Notes: generated from the sequence alone by a model not told the origin. A DNA stretch of 63,990 nucleotides, filler included, from Choristocarpus tenellus KU-1152 (GCA_964200185.2; 10 parts of 10 records of this genome joined end to end with filler, not necessarily neighbours in it); one strand, 5' to 3'. Shown: positions 1-12,325, numbered from the whole stretch's first letter. A program made the numbers and translations.

Positions 1-1492
1 CCCCATGGAACAGCAGGTTCCTACTAATGTTTCCAAATGTTCCATCCCGATGTTGATAGATTGTGAGGGCAAGGGCTTGTATCATAGTGCAATAAAAAAA
101 GGCACACACAAAGATAGAAAAAAGGTTTTGGTTAGAAAAAGAAAATGGAACAAAAGCGGTCAAGAAACCGAGATTTGATTCCTAAATAGACAAGGAAGAT
201 GACGCCCAGTGTGCAGTCCCAATTTCTCCAGCAAAAGTACATTGAAAACGGGATTATAAAAAAAAAATGCACAACCTTCTACTGTTCTCCTCATAATAAT
301 TAAAAACAAAACAGCTCAGTGAAACCAGAACACATTATAAAAAAAGAAAGGTACCACTCAGTGTTCAACACGTATCAACGCAGGTGCTCGAAAAAGGAGA
401 GTGAGAGTGACACAGCCACCAGGTTGTGTTGACCAAAAGCCACATGATGTACTACTGTTGAGTTCTGCAGTGTATGCACTATCCCCAAAATAATTCTTTA
501 CACCGACTGACCAGTGTTGAACATTGCACCCACTAGGTGAAATAGGATGGACTCCAAAAAAAGGAATCACTCCCTGACAGCCATTCCAGAATAAGCTCGG
601 GCTGTAGGTCGATCGCAAGACATAAGGGAGGGAAGTGTTTTTCAGTTCCAGCTACAACTATCAAGTACTTACTTACCATCCTACACAGCAGTAATCTATC
701 GCGCTAGCTCGATCCAGATGACCTTCACATCCCAAAAAACACTGCCTTGCAAACGCAACACTCACAACCTTTGGTAGCCCAAGATCGATATGATCATGTA
801 TGGTCTACTCCACCTGCACAAACCACACTGCATCGTATTGCACCAACTTATTCAGGTGGTATCACACTGTGTGTATGCCTTGGGTCAGATTTTGTCACTA
901 CAACCCAACAGTTTCAATATTTTTTTCCTGCCCTGCCCCCAGCAGCGTAGGCACAACAATGACCAATCGCAACAACAGTTTGCCTGCCTCCCTCCCTTCG
1001 CAAGAAGACAGGAACCATCAGAGGACTTTGTCCGAGAGCCTGAGATTTGATTGGGCTGTCGCCTGGTAACTAGCCCAGCTTCCGCACCAGGGATCTTCAG
1101 TTTGTGCCGCAATCAGGACAACAAACGATCTGAAGACTACATACATAGAGAGAGGAGGGCAGGACGACTTTCAAGACCTACACCTTGCCCACTGAAGAAA
1201 AAAGACAGGAAGGTAAAAAAATGTTCTGTTAATATTATTCCCCCTGAGTTACACTTTCACACTAGAGTCCTGCTGCATATGCAATATTGCGATAGAAGGC
1301 GTCTATGCACCTCTAACCAGGCCCAGCATTAAAACCGATAATCAAATAACACCCACAAATCCTGCAAGGGTTCCACAGAAAAAAAGTTATTAGCTGCACC
1401 AATGAGCACGTACGTTCCTCAAGTCCTCACCTCCACATCCTGAAAAAAAATAAGAGGCGGGTGAGGGGGTGCAATAGCCTCGCCTCGCCCTT

Positions 1493-3894
1493 TCAACAGT
1501 CAACAGTCCTCATTCGGAAATCTACACCCAGCTCCTCCAAATATGACACAAGCTGTGATCGGTCAGCAGATTTGAAAGACTTCTTGTCCACATGTGCAGC
1601 TACACACCCCACCCCGGGGTAGGCCAATCGAGTAGCACCAATGGCTTCCACCACAGCCTCTTTCCAACCTCCCCCAGGACCAAAGTTCAGCGCATAGGAT
1701 GCAAGCATGTGTCCCATATATCGACCCTCTTGCCGGGCTACATCGCCGTGGCGTGGGGCATAGTGACCACCTCCCAAGCCCACGAAGGCGGTTTGTTCCC
1801 CACGTTCTGCAGCATCCAGACTCGCCCATGTCTTCTGCCCCTCCACTCCATCAAGTCCCAACATCCTGCCGTGAGTGTGAATTACGAGTGGGAGAAGGGG
1901 AGGTATCTGTGGTGAGGTTTTCTCAGTGGACTGGACCTTCTCATTTCAGAGGAAGGTAATTCACACTATACCTGTTGCTGCACACAGCAATGTTAAGGTG
2001 TCTAGGGGAGTCTTGTGGCCAGACAGGTGGTCCTTGGGTGTGAGCAAGTTGCTGCATCTACACACTGAAGACCCCTTCGCTCTGTTGGAGAAGGTGTGGG
2101 GATGCTGCGATAAGGTATGCTAGGGGGTGATACATGAGTTCTAGTTTTTGTCTGTTTATTTCCCCTGGATCTCTGAAGGTCCCAAAGTCCAAACAGAAAA
2201 TATACACCCAATGCCCTTCCCAGGAATTATATCCCCCACTGCAACTGTTAATGAGGTGATGCCAACCACAAGCGTGAGAATATTGGAGGCATCTCAACAC
2301 ATGGTAGACCGATGTTGCTCACCTTGAAATAGTAACAGCCCATACATTAGCAGCGTCTTGTCTCTCCCAATGTTCCTCTGAAGAACCTATCTCCACAAAC
2401 ACTTGGTGCGAAATCCAGGAACAAGTACAAAAATCTCAAGTTTGTCGGTTTCATTTCTATAAAGTTTTGACTTAGTATTGTTTCTTCTTAAAAGCATTGG
2501 AGTGGAAACAGAAAACACAGGCTTCACACACGGCCTTTCACTCACAAGCTGAATTGCTGACCTAAGTGAAGTGTATTTGACTGTTTATATAAACTGATGA
2601 TGATATGGGTATATGCCAGGCCCTGATTTTCAAATCAACAGCAGGTCTCGGAGTCTCTTCCCAACCTGTGTGCCACTCTTAAAAAAAGGGAGGCCCGACC
2701 ATCATGTATGGTTGCTTGCAGAGGGGAGGATTTCGCAAATGAGTGACCAATAAAAGGTTGTTAGTTCCCTTTCCTGCAGCATACTCAGGTTAGAAACTCT
2801 ATTGGGACTCACACCCATCAATTATAGATTCAAAGCTCAATGAAAATCTTGCTAGACATCTCAGTCCTCCACGATACACTCTCATGCTACACATCTCTTC
2901 TGAGATCGCAGGGGAAAAAGGAGAGGCTCACTTGCTGGGGTCTGTAGGTATGGACCATGATGCGTGACCTCTAACGTGACCTCAAATGTACTGTCAAGAT
3001 TGGCCTCCTTGCATGCTTGCTGCAGCTCTCTCAGGCAACCGGCGATGCGTGGGGAAGGCGGGGGACACTTCCCAGGCATCCCCCCCCACTCACGGGAGCA
3101 TGCCGGCTGCATATCGTTGGGCACGGATCAACGGTGATAAACTTGAGGGTACCAATCACGGGAGGGCTTTACACCCTCCAATCCTGGCAGGGGGCTCTGG
3201 AAAATAGTGCGTCTCTATGAACTTTTATTGTACTTCATGTTTCAACCTGAAGCAAGCTCTCACCCCAATGATGGAAGGATAACGATGCTGTAAATTGGGC
3301 CGTCGGCAGGGCGGCCGGGTGCCTTTTCTTTAAAAGAAGAGCCAACCCATCTCGTAGGCGTATGAGAACTGTTGAAGACACCGTCCGTTAAACGTAACAT
3401 GCAAGGGAGGGATTCGCAAGACTCACATCTGGTAGCCCAATGGGGTGTACACACAGTGCTGGGCGTCCAGAGGCGGCGACATGCTTGCTGAGAAATAAAA
3501 CATCCATGGGTTTTGATCGGGATTCTCCCCCCTCAGTCCAACGACAGTCTGGGTCGTCAAGGCCGAGTAGGGGAACATCCACCCGCCAAAGTGCTACACC
3601 ACTAGCCCGCCTACCCGCCTTCATGTGCACCCACGCCTGCCCACCTCCCTGAGCTCCCGGTGCAACCTCTTCCCAATGTCCCATCTTCAGTAGCGTATTG
3701 GACATCACGCAAGAGGCTGGGTCTTTGGAGGACGCGACTAGGAGGGTCGTTGCAGTCTCAGTCTCGATGGTAAATGTTGGGTAGTGTATGTCTTTGGACA
3801 TAGAGAGCACACCAAAGCCACGAACAAAGTAGAATGCTTTCATGTTCAATAGGCACGACAAAAATAGGCCACAGGCACGCAGAGATATCTTCAT
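1493..3894 (-). CDS. DTD2: D-aminoacyl-tRNA deacylase, archaeal/plant type (DTD2/GEK1-like), 364 aa, 4 exons
   Basis: Exons 3894-3427, 3106-2932, 2401-2323 and 1865-1493 all have GT-AG borders with matching phases (0,1,2); total 1095 nt. The spliced protein has the family motifs FLSKHxAxSGRPALxVHPIG, FEVTLEVTHHGP, PAMFVEIGSSEEHWERQDAA, GLGGGHYAPRH, GHMLASY and AHVDKKSFK. Confidence 0.93.
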
Positions 3895-4101
3895 GGCAAA
3901 GAAATACTGCACAGTCGTAGCAATGGTGTTGAGAATGATGATATTGTGAGGTGTTGTTGAGGTCACATCTTTTAAACTGTAACCCATGGGAGGCTTTTTC
4001 CACATTTGAACACATTAATAGTGGTAGAAGTGTCGGAGAGCAGGACAATGTGTCGACATTGAGGGAGTCAAGTGGATGTGATACCTGAAGTAGTGGAAAG
4101 G
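3895..4101. promoter_or_regulatory. Probable bidirectional promoter between DTD2 and the PPR gene
   Basis: Only 207 bp separate the two divergent ATGs (3894 on minus, 4102 on plus). No specific motif was identified. Confidence 0.5.
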
Positions 4102-6818
4102 ATGGGGGCGAGAAGAAGGCGAGCGCCAGTGGGGGTACTGGCGCTAGCCACTCTCACCTCCAGGGGACATGGAAGTCGATTTTCGGCAGCATTCATTGCT
4201 CGTTTGACCTCCACGTATTGGGGTTCATCCCGTAGGCGAGAACTGCGGACGTCCGCTCACAAGGTCACTCCTGAGGCCCCACATCGGAGCATGACAACTT
4301 CTATCCGCCTGCCTGTATTTATGGGTGATGACAGCGCTGGTTTGGGCTCTGAAGAAGATACGGATGGCAGTCCAAGCGTGGCTGGTATTCATGGCGATAA
4401 CAACCGTATCAAAGACCTCGGGAAGGGATTTTCCCCACGGGACGCTGTCGAAGACAAGAAGGATAATGGGTTGCTAACTGCTCGACAAGAGGAACACTTA
4501 CGCAAGTTGCCACGGTCTGCCTGGGACGATCTAGATGCGGAGGAAGGGTTTAGCATGATTGCTGCCAAACTCCAAGAGAAAGGACAGATTGCGACTGGTG
4601 GCGGTCCTTTGACTCCCCGACGCAAGCTGACGCGTGAGGAATGGAAGGAAGTGCGCAACTACCAGTGTTTGTGCGATGATCGTGTCTTGGGTTATGCGAA
4701 GAAGGGGCGTTGGAAAGATGCCCTTGTCGTGCTCCAAGAGGAAAAGACAGCAGGTCGGATAATATCACCTCGGGCGTTCAACACAGCACTTCGTGCGGTA
4801 GGCACGGCTGGATTGGTACGACCTGCAATCATTCTTATCAATGAGATACGCAAAGTGGGCTTAGATGTGACGGTGTACAATTACGGTGCAGCTCTCAATG
4901 CCTGTGCCAAGGCAGGGGCCGCCAGTGCGGCCCTTATGCTCCTCGATGAGATGAGACTTGACGGGATTCAGCCGAACGAAATAGTTTACACCTCGGCCAT
5001 CAAAGCTTGTGGACCTGGGGGGCACTGGCGAGAGGTTCTGGGCTTGCTCGAGCGCATGGAGGATGAGGGCACGTCACCTAATGGAAAACACTACAACGCA
5101 GCCATCAGTGTCCTGGGCAGTGTCGGTCGGTATAGGGAAGCCATGCGCCTCCTGGCGCAGCGTGACGATCGGGGCATCAAACGTTGTACTTTTACGTATG
5201 TTGCAGCAATTGATGCCGCAGGCAAGGGTGGTGAAGCCAACGTCGCCCTGGCACTCCTCAATGAGATGCTGAGAGATGGGCTGGAACTAAATCTCATGGC
5301 CCTCAACACTACAATATTCGCGTGCGCACATGCGAGGGAGCCAAGTCAGAAAATCGCTCGAGCGGTGGCAGACTTGCTGGATATGGCTTTCAGGGGAGGT
5401 GTTGAGGTAGACCACAGAACGTACTCTGGAGCCATGATGGCCATGGCACAGGCAGGGCAGGTACACAAGGCTCTGGGTCTACTGGACGTTTCAAGTAAGC
5501 CCCCAAATGCCCACATGTACAGTTCAGCTCTTACTGCGTGCCGCTATGCTCGTGTGGAGGATTTATTGCCCATAGCAGGGGTGGGGAAGGGGGAGGGGGA
5601 GGGGCCTGTACGGAAGGGAGATGGAACTGTGTCTATTACCATGAATGATGACTTCAATCTTCAGGCCTGTGCTGAAGGTTTAACCAACATGAGGGAACAT
5701 GAATCTGCAGCAATTGCAGGAACTGAGTCGGTTGTCTATGCAGCAATCAGAGCTGCACCACCTCCCCCAATTGCTGTGTGGCAGAAGCGGTCCAGGCAGC
5801 TCGGGCGTGGGGGTGGGGAGGAGAGGGACCGATTGATGGGGCAGGCTCTTGGAGACGACCTCCTTCAGAGGATGGAATCAGACAGCTTTCAAGCAGATGC
5901 AGTTCTCCTTGTCTCGCTGATGGAGCTGTGGGGGGATGCTCCAGGGAATGTAGGCTGGCGACGGGTGGTTGAGCTCTTGGACTTCATGAAGTTGAGGTCA
6001 ACTCCTGGAGGGATGCGCCTACCCCCACCGTGCAGCCTCACATACGCACACGCAATAGGGGTGTGTGGTAGGTGTGGCCAACCAGATGAGGCTCTGACAC
6101 TCTTCCAGAAGATGCAAGACGAAGGTGTGCGCGTCAACTTGAAAACTTACTTGGCTGCAATGCGAGCCCTGCTTGCAGCTGGTCCGGAGCGGGCCCGTGG
6201 CGTCCTCGAGCTGTTCAAGGACATGTGTTCGGTGGGGGTGAAGCGAGACACTGCGGCCTATGAAGTGGCAACAGAGGCATGTGCTATGCTGGGAGATTGG
6301 GAGCAGGCGATGGAGCTGCTTGCGCAGATGCGACAGTGTTCCGTGAAGCCAACAACACGTGTGTATAATGCTATGCTACTGTCATTAACGCGAGGCGGTC
6401 GCTGGTACCGGTGCTTGCACATACTAGGCACTATGGGGCAGGAAGGTGAACTGGATGAGCCAAACCTCCTTAGCTACCAGTACACTATAGCTGCCCTTAG
6501 CGCCGTGGGGGAATTCAAGCTTGCCATGGAATTGTTGCCTAAGATGACTGCAGCCCACCTACGACCCACGGCTATCATCTACGAACTCCTACTCAAGGCC
6601 GCTTTAGCTAGTGACTCAGACACTGCAGAGGGTTCTGAGGAGGTGGTCACCCATATGCTGGTTGAGGCTAAGGCAGCAGTAGAGGAGAGGGCAAAGAGGG
6701 CCGCGATCCAAACCACAGGTCGAACTGGAGCAACCGGGAAGGTTGGGGGGGGCACGAGGCAAGCAGCAGAGGCAGGAGTGGCCGCCGGGCAGGGGCCTGG
6801 GGAGGGGCTGCAAGATAA
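4102..6818 (+). CDS. Pentatricopeptide repeat (P-class PPR) protein, probably plastid-targeted; 3' end lost at the gap
   Basis: Uninterrupted ORF of about 905 codons with tandem 35-aa repeats (e.g. NYGAALNACAKAGAASAALMLLDEMRLDGIQPNEI, TYAHAIGVCGRCGQPDEALTLFQKMQDEGVRVNLK). Hydrophobic N-terminus followed by SAAF. Confidence 0.93.
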
Positions 6819-6918
6819 NNNNNNNNNNNNNNNNNNNNNNNNNNNNNNNNNNNNNNNNNNNNTTAATTAATTAANNNNNNNNNNNNNNNNNNNNNNNNNN
6901 NNNNNNNNNNNNNNNNNN
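6819..6918. other. Artificial contig-joining spacer (N-TTAATTAATTAA-N, stops in all six frames)
   Basis: The same 100-bp spacer recurs at 15771-15870, 20378-20477, 32472-32571, 37237-37336, 43955-44054, 51829-51928, 56077-56176 and 61333-61432. Confidence 0.97.
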
Positions 6919-6993
6919 AATTACGTGAAAATTGCAACATTGGATTTTGGCCACCAAATGGACGCGGCTCTACCCTCTAAGATACCTTGGCTC
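6919..6993 (+). mobile_element. MITE family A, 3' end only (cut by the contig start)
   Basis: Ends in taccctctaagataccttggctc, matching the family A right TIR. Confidence 0.85.
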
Positions 6994-6994
6994 G

Positions 6995-7380
6995 GAAGCA
7001 AACTCGTCGGTCTGTTTGTAGTTCTGGTCCAACGCCCTGATTTACATCGTGTCTGTGGCTGTATTGGGGGGTCGAAGGCACATGGACACACTGTCTCAGC
7101 TCCGACACAGTCAGACTGGATTGTATCATCCTATCCAAACCTCCCTGGGCCTTGGACACAGTGCCCACATCATCATAAGGAACACTCCGCAGGAACCACT
7201 CTCAGGTAATATCACAGTCTCGTAATATCCTTGATGCTCTTCCTCCTCGAACCTGGTTGTTTGTGACGGCCTTCTCCTCAGAGGTTGTCAGTTCCGAGAT
7301 GAACCCCTCAATCGGTTACTTACCACCTCAGTGAAAATGTTCAAGAGGGTGTCAGCAATAACATACCCTTGTTGAAAGCC
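6995..7380 (-). mobile_element. Degenerate RTE-type LINE, reverse transcriptase fragment
   Basis: Minus-strand translation across frameshifts gives GFQQGYVIADTLLNIF (GLRQGCVLAPLLFNIF-like), YDDVGTVSKAQGGLDRM (YADD-like), LTVSE and QNYKQTDEF. Confidence 0.75.
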
Positions 7381-7789
7381 TACCCAGCTAGGAAGTTATT
7401 GCAGCTATGTATCCACACAGTTCTTCTCCACAACCGCACATCAAAAAGAAAAGAGGCAAACAATACGCACCATCCCACCTCCCTAAAAGATAGCCCAAAG
7501 GCAATTAAACTGCTTCGCTCCTCTCCGCAATAGAAGGAAATAGAAATAAACCTCAAAGAGCAAAAAGGCCCAGCAGTCAACTCCAAAATGACCTAACTAT
7601 GCAGGTATCAGGTCCACCATCAAGACCATAAGAAGGGGTACATACCCACTCATAGTTGTACATCAGAAAAATCACACCAAGTTCCATACGCCCAATAACT
7701 ACCAAGGAGGATTTCCTAGGTCTAAAATCGTACCCAAACCAAAGATCCGCAGGTAGTGACACGCGCGTTTGGTTACTGTGGCCATTTTT

Positions 7790-8465
7790 GCATGACGTCC
7801 CTCGACTGCTTTGGCCTCAGTAGAATCCACGAAGCGTTTGACTCCTCCTTCACACACCTGTACCGTCCAGTCGTATCTTCTGTAAGTCAGCGTACTTTTT
7901 TTGCCAGGATCTTTAAATACTCAAGGTTATCTTAGAGGCACCACCAGCACTTTAATTTCTCTGGTCTCCTCATCTTCCCCTTCGGTTTCTCTTTGGTAGA
8001 AGTTCCCCAAATATCAATTTTCGGGTAAGGAAGCATCGCCCGTGCATACTGCTAGACCTACAAACAGCACCCTTTTATCAGGTAGTCCCCTCAATGCCCT
8101 CTCACATAATTTTCAGAAGTGGTTACATGTATGACAATATGCGATCCATATGTTTCGGTATACTAAACTTGATGCAGTGTTGGAGGAAATTACAGTGGTG
8201 GATACGATGATGAGTGCTATGGACTCCTCTGAATGTCCACATCAAACAGCTATACACAACACAATCTCAAGCACTTCGGCAGTAAGCATCTGAATCTTGA
8301 GCTCAAAATATAAGCCAAGCTTCCTCAATCCTAGAGTTCTTTTCCGTACTTTGTGAAGGACCCCATTTCCATTCCCCTGTTGTATCCATTGGTGGATCTC
8401 CGTGGTGATATCAATATCTGCACTGATTGAGTCTCTGAGATTATTTATTTTGTCAGTATGTTTTT
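7790..8465 (-). mobile_element. Degenerate RTE-type LINE, C-terminal ORF2 fragment (a separate copy)
   Basis: Reads ELKIQMLTAEVLE..LYSC..W, DRILSY, LFVG...LP.KLIFGEL with stops and frameshifts. Homologous to 56730-57330. Confidence 0.7.
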
Positions 8466-9534
8466 ATCTTTGCCCCCAGCCTCGATCAGCATTTCGCCTG
8501 CCGACTTGTGAGGAGGGTGCTGTGCAATGATAAAATATGGATCGTAGGGTGCCTAAGCTTGATGATTGGGATGCTAAGTATGCAATAGATTTGCATGGAG
8601 GGTGTGCAGTGTGATGGCTATATCCATGCATACGTACATCTATTGATTGGGTAGGGCAGAAAAGGACAGTATTATATCTCCGAGGAGACAGAGAGGCAGT
8701 GATATTATAGTTTGGGTGGACCGTCCCGTGCCATACTTGAACTAAGGAACAGTCGTAGCAGCACTTTCGTGCTTGAGAAGGGCATGGGTGTGATAAAATG
8801 GTAGGGAGGATGTAATGTACGTGTAAACACAGGGACACTATAGTGTCACAGCAAAACTGAATAATATTAATGAATTCATATAGAGGTGACTACGTAGAAA
8901 ATATTGTTTTCAGTGTACTGTGCGATGTTGGAGTATCATGGGGATATACAATACCACAAATACGATAAGGGATTAGGGGGGTACACCAAGTCTGTGGTAA
9001 AAATATTGAGTAAAGGGCTTGAAATGAATTTGGTGAAAGGAAGGTGGGGCGGGAAAATTACTTGATGGAAGTTTATGTGTATGCACGCATTTGTATACAT
9101 TTGCAAGGAGATGTTGTGCAACTATGAATAATCATGCATAGATGGGAAGAACAACTTAATCTTTCGGTAGGAATCAAGTAATGGAATGTGAATTACATGC
9201 AAGGGTTTCATTCATAGTATATACTGGAAAAAAATCCTTAGTACATTGTACATTTCTCATGTTTTATTGGGAGTTGTGATGCTGGAGTGGGACAGAGCAT
9301 AGACCTCTGCCATACAATCTGCATTTTATAAAGAGTGTGATGTGTTAATTTGTTTTATTCAGCATCGGAGTAAGGACTTGAGTAGTAAGAAACGCAAGAA
9401 AGAGGAGTGAATATCGTTCTGTGGTCAAGCTGCATCGACTGTGAAGTCGTAATTTGTTCATGGATTCGGGTGGGGGCTGCTTTGAGGGATAGGGGCTGCA
9501 GTGTGATGTAAGTACAAGAGCATTTGGAGAGCAT

Positions 9535-9772
9535 GAGTCAAAGCATTCAAGAGGGTAGGAATTTTGTCCTGTTTATCCGTTGGGGCTTGACTTCCTACGG
9601 GATTTTTATGCCCTTTTTCGGTTTTCTGTGTGAACACAGTCACCTAAAATGTATAAGACTGTGAAAGATGTGTCCGGAGCAAGGATATTGGCACTTGGTA
9701 ACAAACACGATAGCCAAAATGAATCAATGATCCTAAACGAAAACGGCCCTACCCTCTTAAATGTCTTGGCTC
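9535..9772 (+). mobile_element. MITE family A' (diverged A subfamily)
   Basis: Termini gagtcaaagcattcaagagggtag...ctaccctcttaaatgtcttggctc. Flanked by CAT/CAT. Interior resembles family A. Confidence 0.75.
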
Positions 9773-10144
9773 CATCGATTGCCTGAAATACACTGACCAG
9801 TTGAAGTGGGATTGCCAACACATCTAACCCTGACATCTGCAACACATTTCCCACTCTGTTAACGTTTTGGAATGTGCTCCTTGTTACTCAGTTTTCCTAC
9901 ATTTTTCCATTCCAGTAGTGCACTTTGCACATTTCATGGAAAAACAACATCCTGCGTGTTTGTCCAAGGTGCGTTTCAGTAATGAAATCACGTCATTTTG
10001 AAATCCCTAGCCATATTTATATTCATACAGGAAACTGACCGAGCTGTAAAGGGGGGTGTCAATGGTTAGTGCACAGCATTGACCGAATGTGATGCTACCT
10101 ATTGCTATTGTTCCTCTTCCTTAAATATCCCGGGGTATTAGAGG

Positions 10145-10404
10145 GAGCCAAAGTATCTTAAAGGGTACGGCCGAGTCCATTTGGGGGCCAAACTCCAATG
10201 TTGCGATTTTTATATATTTTTGGCTATCATGTTTGTTAGGAAGGTGTCAATATCCTTGACCCGGACACACCTTTTCATAATGTATGCAATTTACCTACTC
10301 CAAAACATTTTGGAGTAGATAAAATGTCATTAAAAACCCGTGGGAAGCCAAGCCCCAAATGGACAAACAGGGCCAACCTCGTACCCTCTAAGACACTTTC
10401 ACTC
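10145..10404 (-). mobile_element. MITE family A, full length, reverse orientation
   Basis: TIRs gagccaaagtatcttaaagggta / taccctctaagacactttcactc, plus the central ctactccaaa...tttggagtag palindrome. No clear TSD. Confidence 0.88.
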
Positions 10405-10484
10405 TGATGGGTATTAGAATCGGATTGGTTGGAGAAATTATGATATAATAGAAAGATGAAACATCTGGAGAGGGTTGAAATAAA

Positions 10485-10745
10485 GAGCCAAACCAATTGA
10501 ACCGTAGGGAGATTTGGACCCTTGTGGATTCTAAGCCATCTTTCTTACCCTGTGCAATACACTCTATTTCATCGCATTATCTCCACAACAATGTTCACAA
10601 GATTGTTATTCCCTCTTCATACACACAAAATGACACCACAAAAATGAAAAAGGCATTTTCTGCAATTGTACAGCATGACGTATTTTTGCCCTTTCTCGGG
10701 ATTCGTAAAATGTAACCTTGTCTATCTCTCAAATTGTTGTTCCTC
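10485..10745 (+). mobile_element. MITE family C
   Basis: Starts gagccaaaccaattga. Interior is homologous to 38035-38293, 42455-42713 and 52109-52362. Flanked by AAA/AAA. Confidence 0.8.
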
Positions 10746-10935
10746 AAAAAAAGTGTCCTTGGAGAGTTGGTCGTTGTTGCTTACTATACATTCCCGACCT
10801 GATTTAAGCTTCTATGTGGTGATATCGTTCGGGTTCTATATGCACTACACACGGTGCTAGAAGATAGCACTGATGGGCTTGGAGTGGGAGGCATTACACC
10901 TTGACGGGGATACTGAACCCACTAAAGTATTGTTG

Positions 10936-11193
10936 GAGTGAAAGTATCTTAGAGGGTACAAGTTTTGCCCTGTTTGTCCATTTGGGACTTGGCTTCCCAT
11001 GGATTTTTTTATGACATTTTCCTACTCCAAAATGTTTTGGAGTAGGTAAAATGTACATGTCATGAAATTGTGTGTCTGGAACAAGGATACTGACACTTCT
11101 TAAAAACGCGACAGCCAAAATTACATCAAAATCGGAACATTGGATTTTGGTCCCCAAATGGACGCGGTCTTACCCTCTAAGATACTTTGGCTC
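10936..11193 (+). mobile_element. MITE family A, full length
   Basis: 23-bp imperfect TIR gagtgaaagtatcttagagggta / taccctctaagatactttggctc. Flanked by GTTG/GTTG. Confidence 0.92.
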
Positions 11194-11417
11194 GTTGGGG
11201 GTTTTGCATTTGCTCCGAATCAAAATCTGTGTCAGGGACTGAAGAGCTGGCTTTACATCTGTTTTCATTACCACAGACCCCTCAAGGGTATCGTAGACAC
11301 TCTTCTGCAGCAGCTCTACAATCTCTCCCTGGGGATACTGCCCTAGGACATCAAACTGGACGACATCAACTTCTGCACACGGGGAGGTGGAGAGTTCATG
11401 TTTCTGCTGACAGACTT

Positions 11418-11678
11418 GAGTGAAAGAGTCCTAGAGGGTATGAGTTTTGCCCTGTTTGTCCATTTGAGGCTTGGCTTCCCCCATGTTTTTTTTTATTACA
11501 TTTACCTACTCCAAAATGTTTAGGAGTAGGTAAAATATATATGTTATGAAAAGGTGTGACTGGAACATGGATAGTGACACTTCCTAACAAACACGATAGC
11601 CAAAAATACATCAAAATCGCAACATTGAATTTTGAGCCACAAATAGACGTGGCTCTACCCTCTAAGGTACTTTGGCTC
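11418..11678 (+). mobile_element. MITE family A, full length
   Basis: Same TIRs and interior as 10936-11193. Flanks ACTT/ACCT. Confidence 0.9.
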
Positions 11679-11801
11679 ACCTCGGTCAGGCCGCTTATGA
11701 CTCTAGGGTAAGTGTGGGTCCCGTATAATACTGTATATAGAGTTTGAGAGATGTTTTTCTTATTCCTTGCTTGTTGAATTTCAATGTGGTGTCAGGGTAT
11801 T

Positions 11802-12107
11802 TGTTCCAAGCGATATGTTTTGATGGCGGTTTCACAAAGACCATTATGACCTTGAAGTCCTAGAGTTGATATATTTGTATTTCTTGACTATTTATTATTA
11901 TTTGGTAATTATGGACCCCGATTGTGGTAAGATATCGTAGACCAGTTCCTTTTTGTACGATGATATTGATGATACTCCAAGCGAGAGATCCAGCATATTT
12001 GACGACTTGTGTATCAGGAGTCCTATACGTGTATCAGTATCATCTATAGGCCTGTAGATTGGAGCTATACATCCTGTGGAAGTAAGCTTCTGGAGCAAGC
12101 TGTAACA
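11802..12107 (-). mobile_element. TGT...ACA element, subfamily B2
   Basis: tgttcca...ctgtaaca with a TATT/TATT 4-bp TSD. Reverse homolog of 42026-42335. Confidence 0.82.
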
Positions 12108-12325
12108 TATTTCCTTATCATTACCACATGAAGCCGCCATTTGCGTATTCGGTGAGGTAAATGGAGGAGATGCAAAAGGTTTAGAGTTCGAAGTAGGGGA
12201 GAAAGGGGCCGTGGAAATGACAACTGTTATCAATAGCTGAATTAAAATCAAAGAGGAATGACGTCCTCCGAGTTCTATGAGGTATCGTTCCTCTACGTTA
12301 CTTTGCAATAATTTATTTATGATTT

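Noticed and set aside
6862-6874. Recurrent TTAATTAATTAA palindrome as a biological repeat
   Set aside because: It is always centred in N runs of identical length, so it is an artificial six-frame-stop linker.
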